Part shown: positions 25,033 through 32,477 of the stretch, one piece after another
Numbering within the stretch: the stretch's first letter is position 1
How the letters are laid out: each line of letters starts with the position of its first letter
NCBI GenBank assembly: GCA_003670425.1
Contig: QWRL01000001.1
Span: 1 to 48,559, forward strand
Length of the DNA: 48,559 nucleotides
Source of the DNA: Chloroflexota bacterium
Lineage (GTDB): Bacteria; Chloroflexota; Anaerolineae; Anaerolineales; UBA11657
Direction: 5' to 3'
Position numbers and translations under genes: made by a program
Notes under the pieces: model-generated
The model's input: only the letters and a program-made list of their open reading frames with translations
Told to the model about the DNA's origin: nothing
Database searches by the model: none

Positions 25033-25060
25033 AAAAAGAGGCCGTGTGTCGACGGCCTCT
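25033..25060 (-). terminator. intrinsic terminator/attenuator after rpmF, abutting the fabD start codon
   Basis: On the minus strand: AGAGGCCGT-CGACAC-ACGGCCTCT (perfect 9-bp stem) followed by TTTTT and then immediately the fabD ATG (25032). Confidence 0.65.
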
Positions 25061-25105
25061 GCGCATTTTGGGGGCAGGTGCGGCCGGCAAAGCCAGCCAC
25101 CATGT

Positions 25106-25288
25106 CTACTTGGACTTTGCGATAATCTCGCGCTTGTTGTAATGCCCGCACTTTCCGCACACGCGGTGCGGCAGCTGGGCTTCGCCACAATGCGAGCACA
25201 CAATTAAGTGCGGTGCGGTCAGCGCATCATGCGCGCGGCGCCGGTCACGGCGGCCGGTAGAATGTCGGCGCTTTGGAAGGGGGGTCAT
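25106..25288 (-). CDS. rpmF: 50S ribosomal protein L32
   Basis: 60 aa MTPLPKRRHSTGRRDRRRAHDAL....CS.CGE...PHRVC..CG.Y. AGGAG RBS. Confidence 0.93.
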   Translation of the reverse strand: MTPLPKRRHSTGRRDRRRAHDALTAPHLIVCSHCGEAQLPHRVCGKCGHYNKREIIAKSK

Positions 25289-25329
25289 GTTGGGCTCCTG
25301 AGGCTGCGCGCTTGCTTGCGCGAGCCGCT

Positions 25330-25359
25330 ATTATATTGCGGCAAGCCGCAGTGCGTCAA
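25330..25359 (-). promoter_or_regulatory. sigma70-type promoter of rpmF (TTGACG-18 nt-TATAAT)
   Basis: On the minus strand, TTGACG (25359-25354) overlaps the stop codon of the upstream gene. An 18-nt spacer follows, then TATAAT (25335-25330), about 40 nt before the rpmF ATG. Confidence 0.55.
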
Positions 25360-25838
25360 GCATCCGGTTCGTCCGGGTCATTGTCGCGGTTGCCGCGCTG
25401 CGTGCGCAGCAGCAAAATACCGTTGCGCACCTGCTGCAAGACGCGCATTATCTCGGTTTCCATTGTGGCCAGCGTTTGCGTGGCATATTCATCAGATTCG
25501 CCCACAATTCCGGCCGCCTCGCGCCGCGCGGTTTCCGCAATCTGTTCCGCCCGAATGCGCGCGTGCTGCACAATCTGTTCCTGGTCCACCATCATGTCTC
25601 TTTCGCGGCGCGCAATTTCCTTGTAGCGCTCCGCCTCTTCAGTGGCCTGCGCCAGCAGGCGGTCCCGGTCTGCCAGCACCTTCTGCGCTTTCTTGGTTTC
25701 ATCCGGCACGGAAACGCGCATTTGGTCGATGATGTCGATTAACCGGTCTTCATTGATCAGCACGTTATGTGTGAATGGGACGAGGCGGGATTGGTTTACC
25801 AGCTCCTCGAGGCGGTCAACCAGATGCAAAATGTCCAT
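25356..25838 (-). CDS. conserved acidic coiled-coil protein of unknown function (ATPase subunit b/G-like heptads)
   Basis: 160 aa MDILHLVDRLEELVNQSRLVPFTHNVLINEDRLIDIIDQMRVSVPDE... followed by an E/R/A/Q-rich helix and an acidic tail. Good GC3. No enzymatic motif. Confidence 0.7.
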   Translation of the reverse strand: MDILHLVDRLEELVNQSRLVPFTHNVLINEDRLIDIIDQMRVSVPDETKKAQKVLADRDRLLAQATEEAERYKEIARRERDMMVDQEQIVQHARIRAEQIAETARREAAGIVGESDEYATQTLATMETEIMRVLQQVRNGILLLRTQRGNRDNDPDEPDA

Positions 25839-25844
25839 GCGCCT

Positions 25845-26363
25845 TTAGCTCCTGAGTACTGGCTGCCCGCCCGGCGGGTGGCTGCCCTGCAGTTTTTTAG
25901 CCAGCGCAGCACACACAAAGTCCGGCACCATCGAGCTCACATCCCCGCCCAACGATGCAATCTCGCGCACTGTGGTGGAGTTGATGAAGCTCAGTTCTTC
26001 GCGTGTGATGAGCGACACAGTCTCAATCGCGGGCGCCAGCCGGTGGTTGGCCAGTGCCATGCGGAATTCATATTCAAAGTCCGAGAACACGCGCAGCCCG
26101 CGCAGGATTACCGCGGCATTTTCAGTGCGGCAAAAATCCACGGTCAGGGAGCTGTAGCCGGTTACCTCAATGCCTGCATTGCCTTCAAACGCCCGGCGCA
26201 CCAAGTCGATGCGCTCCTCCGGGGAGAATAACAGGTTCTTGAGCGGCTTGTCGTAGACGGCCACGATCACCGTGTCAAACAGTTTGCTGCCGCGCACAGC
26301 TACATCAATGTGGCCGCAGTGCACCGGGTCAAAGGTGCCGGGGAACACAGCGCGCCGGATCAT
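25845..26363 (-). CDS. coaD: phosphopantetheine adenylyltransferase
   Basis: 172 aa. AVFPGTFDPVHCGHIDV (T/HxGH), ...SSTTVREI. Confidence 0.93.
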   Translation of the reverse strand: MIRRAVFPGTFDPVHCGHIDVAVRGSKLFDTVIVAVYDKPLKNLLFSPEERIDLVRRAFEGNAGIEVTGYSSLTVDFCRTENAAVILRGLRVFSDFEYEFRMALANHRLAPAIETVSLITREELSFINSTTVREIASLGGDVSSMVPDFVCAALAKKLQGSHPPGGQPVLRS

Positions 26364-26385
26364 TGGGCGCGGTCCGCTGCGGTTG

Positions 26386-28923
26386 TCAACTTACGTCTCC
26401 GCTTGCGGTGGCGGCGGATTGGGCCACCAGCGCTGCCAGTTGCTGGTGTTCGGGCAGCGTTAGCAACGGATCCTGCTTGAACAGCAGGTCCGCTTCCCGG
26501 CGCGCCATTTCAATTAACTTCAGGTCGCTCAGGCGCGCCATCTGCAGGTCAACAAAACCGGCTTGCTGCGTTCCCAAGAAATCGCCCGGTCCACGCATTG
26601 CCAAATCTTTATCAGCCAGCACAAAGCCGTCGCTGGTGCTTTCCATTATCTTCAGGCGCTCGTTGGAATTGTTGCGCGCGGCTGCCGCACCAGCACTGCC
26701 GGGCTCCGGCAGCAATAGGCAGTAAGACTGGTCTGCACCGCGGCCCACGCGGCCGCGCAATTGGTGCATCTGCGCCAGGCCAAACCGGTTGGCACCTTCA
26801 ATCAGCATAATAGTTGCGTTGGGAACATCCACGCCGACTTCAATCACAGAGGTTGCCACGAGGATTTGTATCTCACCCGCCCGAAACGCCTGCATTATCG
26901 CATCCTTTTCCGCCGGGCGCAGCCGCCCGTGCAGCAGCCCGAGACGCAGCTCCGGGAACACGCTGCGCTGCAGGCGCTCGTGTTCCTCCACCACCGCCTT
27001 GGTATCCGGGCTGTCACTGTCTTCAACCAGCGGGCAAATAATGTACGCCTGATGGCCGCCCGCAACTTCTTTGCGCACCAAGCCGTAGGCGCGCTCGCGC
27101 TCTTTGGGCGGCACCACATGCGTCTGCACTTGCTGCCGGCCCGGCGGCATCTCGTCAATCACCGAAAGATCAAGATCGCCGTAGATGGTTAGCGCCAGCG
27201 AGCGCGGAATGGGTGTGGCGGTCATCACCAAAAGATGCGGGTGCATGCCTTTCTCGCGCAGCGCGGCGCGCTGCAAGACGCCAAAGCGGTGCTGCTCGTC
27301 CACCACCACCAGGCCCAGCTTGGCAAAGTGCACTTGCGCCTGAATGACGGCGTGCGTGCCTACGAGCACTTTTACGGTGCCGGTGCGCAGGCCTTCGTCG
27401 ATGGCGGCGCGCTCCGTGGCAGGCGTGCTGCCTTGCAGCAAGCGCACTGCGGGCATGTCCGCACCGCCAAGGTCCAGCTGCGGAAACGCAGCCAGCAGCG
27501 TGCGCATGGTGCGAAAGTGCTGCTCCGCCAGAATGCTGGTGGGTGCCATGATGGCGCCCTGCACGCCATTGCGCACGGCCAGCGCCAGCGCCAGCGCAGC
27601 CACCACAGTTTTGCCGGAGCCCACATCGCCTTGGATCAGGCGCTTCATTGGCACAGGCTGCGCCATGTCTGCAAGCAAATCTGCCAGCACGCGCTGCTGC
27701 GCAGCGGTCAGCGGAAACGCCAGCGTACCGATGGCGCTGGCCAGCCAGCCTGCAGGCTCGGCCAGCGCGTGCCCGGGCTGCGCCTGCCATTCCGCGCGCT
27801 GCTGGCGCAAGTTCAGCTGCAATGCAAACAACTCATCGAACGCCAGGCGCTGGCGCGCTGCATCCAGCTGCTGCTGGTTTTGCGGGAAGTGCGCAGCGGC
27901 CAGTGCCGCCGGCAGGCTTTGCATTTGCAGTTTCTCGCGCAGGGGCGCCGGCAGCGGATCACTTGCGCGCGGAGCCACGCCGTACACAGCAGCATGCATC
28001 CAGCGCCGCAGCTGCTTGCCGCCCAGGCCCTTCGTCAGGTTGTAGATGGGCACAATGCGCCCGGTGTGCAGCGCCTCGCTGTCCACTTCATCCCAGTCCG
28101 GGCTGGAGAGCACCAGGCGCCCAAGCTGCAGATCCACGCGGCCGCTCACTTGAATTTGCAGGCTGGTGCGCAGCTGGTCTTGCAGCCATGGCTGGTTAAA
28201 CCAAGTGCACTCAATTTCGCCGGTGCTGTCGCCAATCACCGCCCGCACCATATGCAGCTGGCCGCCCTTCACCTTGCGCCCGCTTACCTCGCGCACGGTG
28301 CCAATGATTGTGGCCTGGTCGCCATACTCAATGCGGTTGATGGGTTTGAGCGCAGAGTAATCCAGATAGCGGTGCGGAAAGTAGTGCAGTGTGTCGCCGA
28401 GGCGCGACAGGCCCAGCTTGGCCAGTACCTCCGCAAATTTTGGACCGACGCCGGGGATTACGGTCAGCGGCGAGTCGAGGTGCATGTTGGGGTCTGGTTC
28501 GGTGGGCACTGCGGCGGCTGCCGGCACCGGGCGCTGCACCGCCGGACGGTCGCGCTCAGCTGGCGGAGTACGCTGCTTTTTGTTTGTGCTTTGGTGCTCA
28601 GGTTGTTTTGCGCCTTGCTGTGTTGCTGGGCGCAGTTGCGTAGCTGCCGGCGGTTTTGCCACCGGGACCCCCGCTGCCAGCAGTTCCAGCTGCGCAAGCA
28701 TTTCGGCCACAGCCTGTGGCCGGCGCCCCTCCGGCAGGCTGGGGTAGTTGGCTAGCCCGGTGGCAAGCGTCCCCACAAATCCGGCGGGCAGCGCTGCTTG
28801 GGCAGCTTGCTGGCGCCACATCGGCCCGGCTTTATCCAGCCCGCCCACCACGCAGTTGTTTTGAAAGCCCTTCTGGGATTCCAGCTGCAGTATCTTGCGC
28901 AGGGTTTCTATGGCAGCATTCAT
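26386..28923 (-). CDS. recG: ATP-dependent DNA helicase RecG (with roughly 150-aa N-terminal extension)
   Basis: 845 aa. Wedge/OB region, Walker A GDVGSGKT, DEQHRFGV, SATPIPR-like MTATPIPRSL, QLRGRVGRG. Confidence 0.92.
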   Translation of the reverse strand: MNAAIETLRKILQLESQKGFQNNCVVGGLDKAGPMWRQQAAQAALPAGFVGTLATGLANYPSLPEGRRPQAVAEMLAQLELLAAGVPVAKPPAATQLRPATQQGAKQPEHQSTNKKQRTPPAERDRPAVQRPVPAAAAVPTEPDPNMHLDSPLTVIPGVGPKFAEVLAKLGLSRLGDTLHYFPHRYLDYSALKPINRIEYGDQATIIGTVREVSGRKVKGGQLHMVRAVIGDSTGEIECTWFNQPWLQDQLRTSLQIQVSGRVDLQLGRLVLSSPDWDEVDSEALHTGRIVPIYNLTKGLGGKQLRRWMHAAVYGVAPRASDPLPAPLREKLQMQSLPAALAAAHFPQNQQQLDAARQRLAFDELFALQLNLRQQRAEWQAQPGHALAEPAGWLASAIGTLAFPLTAAQQRVLADLLADMAQPVPMKRLIQGDVGSGKTVVAALALALAVRNGVQGAIMAPTSILAEQHFRTMRTLLAAFPQLDLGGADMPAVRLLQGSTPATERAAIDEGLRTGTVKVLVGTHAVIQAQVHFAKLGLVVVDEQHRFGVLQRAALREKGMHPHLLVMTATPIPRSLALTIYGDLDLSVIDEMPPGRQQVQTHVVPPKERERAYGLVRKEVAGGHQAYIICPLVEDSDSPDTKAVVEEHERLQRSVFPELRLGLLHGRLRPAEKDAIMQAFRAGEIQILVATSVIEVGVDVPNATIMLIEGANRFGLAQMHQLRGRVGRGADQSYCLLLPEPGSAGAAAARNNSNERLKIMESTSDGFVLADKDLAMRGPGDFLGTQQAGFVDLQMARLSDLKLIEMARREADLLFKQDPLLTLPEHQQLAALVAQSAATASGDVS

Positions 28924-28971
28924 ATCAATAACGGGAAGATTGTAACTGTGAATTGGCCGCCTGTCGGCGGT

Positions 28972-30597
28972 TTATTCTAGTGAAAGAATATAGTGGTAGT
29001 GGGGCTGGCCGCCGGAGTAGATCTCCGTTTGCAGTTGTGGATAGTGGCCGGCGATTTTGGTGCGCAATGCGCCGGCTTCAACCGGGCCGATTGATGCGCC
29101 GTGGTAGAGCGTCAGCAGATCAAAATCCGCTGCACCCATCTTTTGCAGCAGCAACAGGGCGCAATCCGGCAGCGTTTCGGTGGCGCAGGCCAGCGTGCCA
29201 TCGCACAGCCCGATGAACTGGCCTTCGCGCACTGCAATGCCGTCCAGAGTTACAGTGCGCGTCGCGTTGGTCAACTCGCCGGCGTGCACTTCAGCCATGC
29301 GCGTTTGCATTTCTGCGAGCACGGGCTCAAGCTCGCCGTCTGCATCAAACGCCAGCATGGCGGCAATGCCCTGCGGCATGTTGCGCGTGGGCAGCACCCG
29401 CACGCGTTTGTCGCTGAGGCTGGCGGCCTGCTCGGCTGCCATTTGAATGTTTTTGTTGTTGGGCAGCAAAATCACATCGGTAACCGGCAGGTTGGCAAAA
29501 GCGCGCAGCAAATCTTCAGTGCTGGGATTCATAGACTGCCCGCCAGAGATGACTGCCACGCCGGGGCGCACGAGCAATCGGTTGAAGCCCATGCCCGGCG
29601 CCACCACCACTGCCAGCAGCTGCCCGGCTTGCACTTCCACCGGCGCAGCGGCTTGTGCCAATTCCACCTGGTCGAGCAAATTTTCCATGTGCACATTCAC
29701 CACAGTGCCCAAAGTCTCCGCGTATTCAACGGCTTTCAGGCGCAGCTCTTTTGGCAAATGCAAGTGCAGCTTGTAATTCGCAGCGCCTTCGCCCACCTGA
29801 ATGGAGCCGCCCAGCTGCTCCAGGTTTTTATAGAACGATGGCAGGTCGAGCGGTTGGTTGGGGCGGAAGTCCACCACTACCTCCCACTCCTGGCCGGGCT
29901 CAACTGCGTCCAGCGCTGCGCTTACCGCGGCTGCGCTCAATGGATGCCGGGCCGTGTGCAGCACCACATCCAGCGGCTCTTGGCGCAGGTGGCGCAGCAT
30001 GCCCTCAAACAGCACTTGCAATCCAAATCCGCCGGAGTCCACCACGCCGGCTTCCTTCAGCACTGGCAGCAGGTCCGGGGTGCGCAGTACTGAGGCACTG
30101 CTGGCATCCACCAGCAGCGCGAGCAGCGCCGCTACATCTGTGGGCTGCGGGTCCGCTTGCTGCGCTGCGCCCGCAACATCTTTTATGACGGTCAGCAGCG
30201 TGCCTTCCACCGGGCGCACCACACCGCGGTAGGCGGTGTTGCGTGCCTCATGCAGCGCGCGCACAAGTTGCGCAGGCCCAAAGGCAGGATACTGGTCCAG
30301 GCCGCGTGCCAGCCCGCGCAATATCTGCGAGAGGATTACGCCAGAGTTGCCGCGCGCGCCGAGCAGCGCGCCGTGGGCCAGTGAATGCGCCACCTTGCCG
30401 GCGTGCAGCTCGCCGGGCATTATCTCGTTGCAGGCGCTGCGCATGGTCAGCAGCATGTTTGTGCCGGTGTCGCCGTCCGGCACCGGAAACACATTCAGTG
30501 CGTTAACAGCCTCGTGGTTGGTGGCAAGCCAGGTACAGGCGGCTTCCGCCAGCCCGCGTAGCCCGGGGCCGTCAATCAGCCATTCTTGTTCTTCCAA
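28972..30597 (-). CDS. DAK2 domain-containing protein (YloV family)
   Basis: 541 aa. NVFPVPDGDTGTNM, GARGNSGVILSQ. The C-terminal half is typical of YloV. Follows asp23 as in Firmicutes. Confidence 0.88.
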   Translation of the reverse strand: MEEQEWLIDGPGLRGLAEAACTWLATNHEAVNALNVFPVPDGDTGTNMLLTMRSACNEIMPGELHAGKVAHSLAHGALLGARGNSGVILSQILRGLARGLDQYPAFGPAQLVRALHEARNTAYRGVVRPVEGTLLTVIKDVAGAAQQADPQPTDVAALLALLVDASSASVLRTPDLLPVLKEAGVVDSGGFGLQVLFEGMLRHLRQEPLDVVLHTARHPLSAAAVSAALDAVEPGQEWEVVVDFRPNQPLDLPSFYKNLEQLGGSIQVGEGAANYKLHLHLPKELRLKAVEYAETLGTVVNVHMENLLDQVELAQAAAPVEVQAGQLLAVVVAPGMGFNRLLVRPGVAVISGGQSMNPSTEDLLRAFANLPVTDVILLPNNKNIQMAAEQAASLSDKRVRVLPTRNMPQGIAAMLAFDADGELEPVLAEMQTRMAEVHAGELTNATRTVTLDGIAVREGQFIGLCDGTLACATETLPDCALLLLQKMGAADFDLLTLYHGASIGPVEAGALRTKIAGHYPQLQTEIYSGGQPHYHYILSLE

Positions 30598-30606
30598 TGC
30601 CGCGCT

Positions 30607-30966
30607 CTATTTAGCGGGTGCAATCCGCAGGCCGCGCACCAGCACATTTACCTGCTGCACGGTGAGGCCGGTGGCCAGCTGCACATGGTGGCGCACAGTG
30701 TTGGCTGCGCTGCGGGCCACGGCCTGAATGTTGGTGCCGTGCTCCAAAATAACATAGATGTCGATCGTGACGGTTTGATCCGCGTTGACGCACACGTGCA
30801 CGCCCTTGTGGGCGTCAGGCATGAGCGCACCAGCCAGCATATCCGCGGTGTCTTTGGCGGCCATGCCCACTATTCCGTAGGAAAGGCGTGCACTGTGCGC
30901 CGCAATTTTGGCAATTGCTGCCGGCGCAATTTGAATGCGCCCGGGCGGTGCGCTGGCGGCCTTCAT
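30607..30966 (-). CDS. Asp23/Gls24 family (alkaline shock protein-like, YloU)
   Basis: 119 aa from ATG 30966 (MKAASAPPGRIQIAPAAIAKIAAHSARLSYGIVGM...V.I..YV....G.NI..VA......V...V....GL.V..VNV.V). Confidence 0.85.
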   Translation of the reverse strand: MKAASAPPGRIQIAPAAIAKIAAHSARLSYGIVGMAAKDTADMLAGALMPDAHKGVHVCVNADQTVTIDIYVILEHGTNIQAVARSAANTVRHHVQLATGLTVQQVNVLVRGLRIAPAK

Positions 30967-31000
30967 CGGGCCGCAGCCTGCCGGGGGCGCCGGTTGAGCG

Positions 31001-31009
31001 TGGTACAAT
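31001..31009 (+). promoter_or_regulatory. candidate extended -10 promoter (TGgTACAAT) for rpmB
   Basis: TGGTACAAT lies 24 nt upstream of the rpmB ATG. GAGGAA RBS at 31017-31022. No clear -35. Confidence 0.4.
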
Positions 31010-31032
31010 CGCGGGCGAGGAAGAAAAAGTTC

Positions 31033-31212
31033 ATGGCTAAGTGTGTCACCTGCAACAAGATTACCGGATTTGGGCGCAATGTGCCCAAGTCTATGCACGC
31101 CACCCGGCGCACATTTAAACCCAACCTGCAAAAAACCACCATTCTTCAAAATGGGCGGCGTTTGCAGGTGACGATGTGCACCAAGTGCATGAAGGCGCTG
31201 GCCAAGACCTAG
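31033..31212 (+). CDS. rpmB: 50S ribosomal protein L28
   Basis: 59 aa MAKCVTCNKITGFGRNVPKSMHATRRTFKPNLQKTTILQNGRRLQVTMCTKCMKALAKT. It is the 3' end of track ORF 30586..31212. Confidence 0.93.
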   Translation: MAKCVTCNKITGFGRNVPKSMHATRRTFKPNLQKTTILQNGRRLQVTMCTKCMKALAKT

Positions 31213-31239
31213 CCGCCCGTACAGCAACTGCCGCCTGCC

Positions 31240-31268
31240 AACCGCTGCCATCCGGCCGCGGTTTTTTT
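31240..31268 (+). terminator. intrinsic terminator after rpmB
   Basis: AACCGC (31240-31245) / GCGGTT (31258-31263) stem with a 12-nt loop, running into TTTTTTT (31262-31268). Confidence 0.65.
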
Positions 31269-31321
31269 GTGCCGCTGGTGGATGATAACCGAGCGCCGTG
31301 AGTGCAGCAAGTGCACCGCGC

Positions 31322-31351
31322 TTGGCGCCGGTTTTTTGCGGATGTTATACT
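31322..31351 (+). promoter_or_regulatory. promoter of tRNA-Asp (TTGGCG-18 nt-TATACT)
   Basis: TATACT at 31346-31351, again exactly 9 nt before the mature tRNA 5' end, the same geometry as tRNA-Pro. Confidence 0.5.
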
Positions 31352-31360
31352 CCCGCGCAC

Positions 31361-31433
31361 GGTCCCGTGGTGTAGCGGTTAACATGCTGCCCTGTCAAGG
31401 CAGAGATCGCGGGTTCGAATCCCGTCGGGACCG
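31361..31433 (+). tRNA. tRNA-Asp (anticodon GTC)
   Basis: Acceptor GGTCCCG/CGGGACC, D arm GTGT-AGCGGTTA-ACAT, anticodon arm CTGCC-CTGTCAA-GGCAG, T arm GCGGG-TTCGAAT-CCCGT, discriminator G. No encoded CCA. Confidence 0.9.
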
Positions 31434-31508
31434 CCTTTGTCTGGCGGTGGGGTACTAGCCTGCCCCGCCGCTGGCATAACCCACTCATCCCCACACCGGC
31501 ATCTTTTT

Positions 31509-32447
31509 ATGGTCAATAAACAATCTGCGATGGAAACCAAGCTGCAGCTTTGCCGTTACTTTTTGCCGGGCAGTGGCGCGCGGCTGGCGGCCGTGCGCGC
31601 CGGGCAGGTGTATGACCTGACGGCCAGCCACCAACCGGGCCTGGCAACGCTGAACGCATGGATGCAATTTGTTTTGCGTGAAGGGCTGGCGCGCGCAATT
31701 GAACTACTGCACTCTACAGTCAGTGGCGCACAGCCTGCGGCGCGCTGGGCAGACTTGCTGGTTGCGCCGGACGCAAACCGGCCGCACCTTTTGGCGCCGC
31801 TTGACGAGCAGGAGGTGTGGGCTGCTGGTGTAACGTATCGGCGCAGCGCCGAGGCGCGCGAGGAAGAGGCGCACAACATCGGTGTCTACGACAAGGTTTA
31901 TAGCGCGGAGCGCCCGGAAATTTTTATGAAGGCCACGCCACAGCGCGTGGTGGGACCGCACGCGCCGGTGCGCATCCGCGGCGATTCTTTTTGGAATGTG
32001 CCCGAGCCCGAGCTGACGGTTGTGTTTGCGCCTGATATGCAGGTGGTGGGCTACACCGTTGGCAATGACATGTCGTCCCGCGATATTGAAGGCGCCAACC
32101 CGCTCTATTTGCCGCAAGCCAAAATTTACACGGGCAGTTGCGCGCTCGGGCCGGCCATCACGCTGCTGCCTGACCTTGACTTGCAGCCCGGCGCAACCAT
32201 CGGGCTGCGCATCGAGCGGGCCGGGGCTGCCGTGTTTGTTGGCGAGACTAGCACGCGCGAGATGAAGCGCACGGTTGCGGAGCTGGGCGGCTACCTGGGG
32301 CGCTACAACGCATTTCCTGCGGGTGTCTTCCTCATGACGGGCACCGGCCTAGTGCCGCCGGATGACTTCACACTGCAGCCCGGCGACGATGTGCAGATCA
32401 CCATCGGCGGCATCGGCATGCTGCGCAATCTGGTGTTGGGCGGGTAG
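31509..32447 (+). CDS. fumarylacetoacetate hydrolase (FAH) family protein
   Basis: FAH-fold C-terminal domain: ERPEIFMKATPQRVVGPHAPVRIR......EPELTVV......VVGYTVGNDMSSRD...N.LYL.QAK......ALGP. The start is ATG 31509 or 31530. The track start 31437 is too close to tRNA-Asp. Confidence 0.8.
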   Translation: MVNKQSAMETKLQLCRYFLPGSGARLAAVRAGQVYDLTASHQPGLATLNAWMQFVLREGLARAIELLHSTVSGAQPAARWADLLVAPDANRPHLLAPLDEQEVWAAGVTYRRSAEAREEEAHNIGVYDKVYSAERPEIFMKATPQRVVGPHAPVRIRGDSFWNVPEPELTVVFAPDMQVVGYTVGNDMSSRDIEGANPLYLPQAKIYTGSCALGPAITLLPDLDLQPGATIGLRIERAGAAVFVGETSTREMKRTVAELGGYLGRYNAFPAGVFLMTGTGLVPPDDFTLQPGDDVQITIGGIGMLRNLVLGG

Positions 32448-32477
32448 GATTAATTCTTCAGCGGCGTTGCAGCGCTG

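Noticed and set aside
24058-25207. 294-aa and 353-aa + strand ORFs inside fabD
   Set aside because: Antisense shadows. fabD motifs are unambiguous on the minus strand.
27235-28755. 506-aa + strand ORF inside recG
   Set aside because: Antisense shadow with no motifs, opposite clear helicase motifs.
31315-31337. Second hairpin plus T6 after rpmB, as a tandem terminator
   Set aside because: The stem needs a bulge, and the element overlaps the -35 region of the tRNA-Asp promoter. It may be functional, but I cannot separate the two roles from sequence alone.
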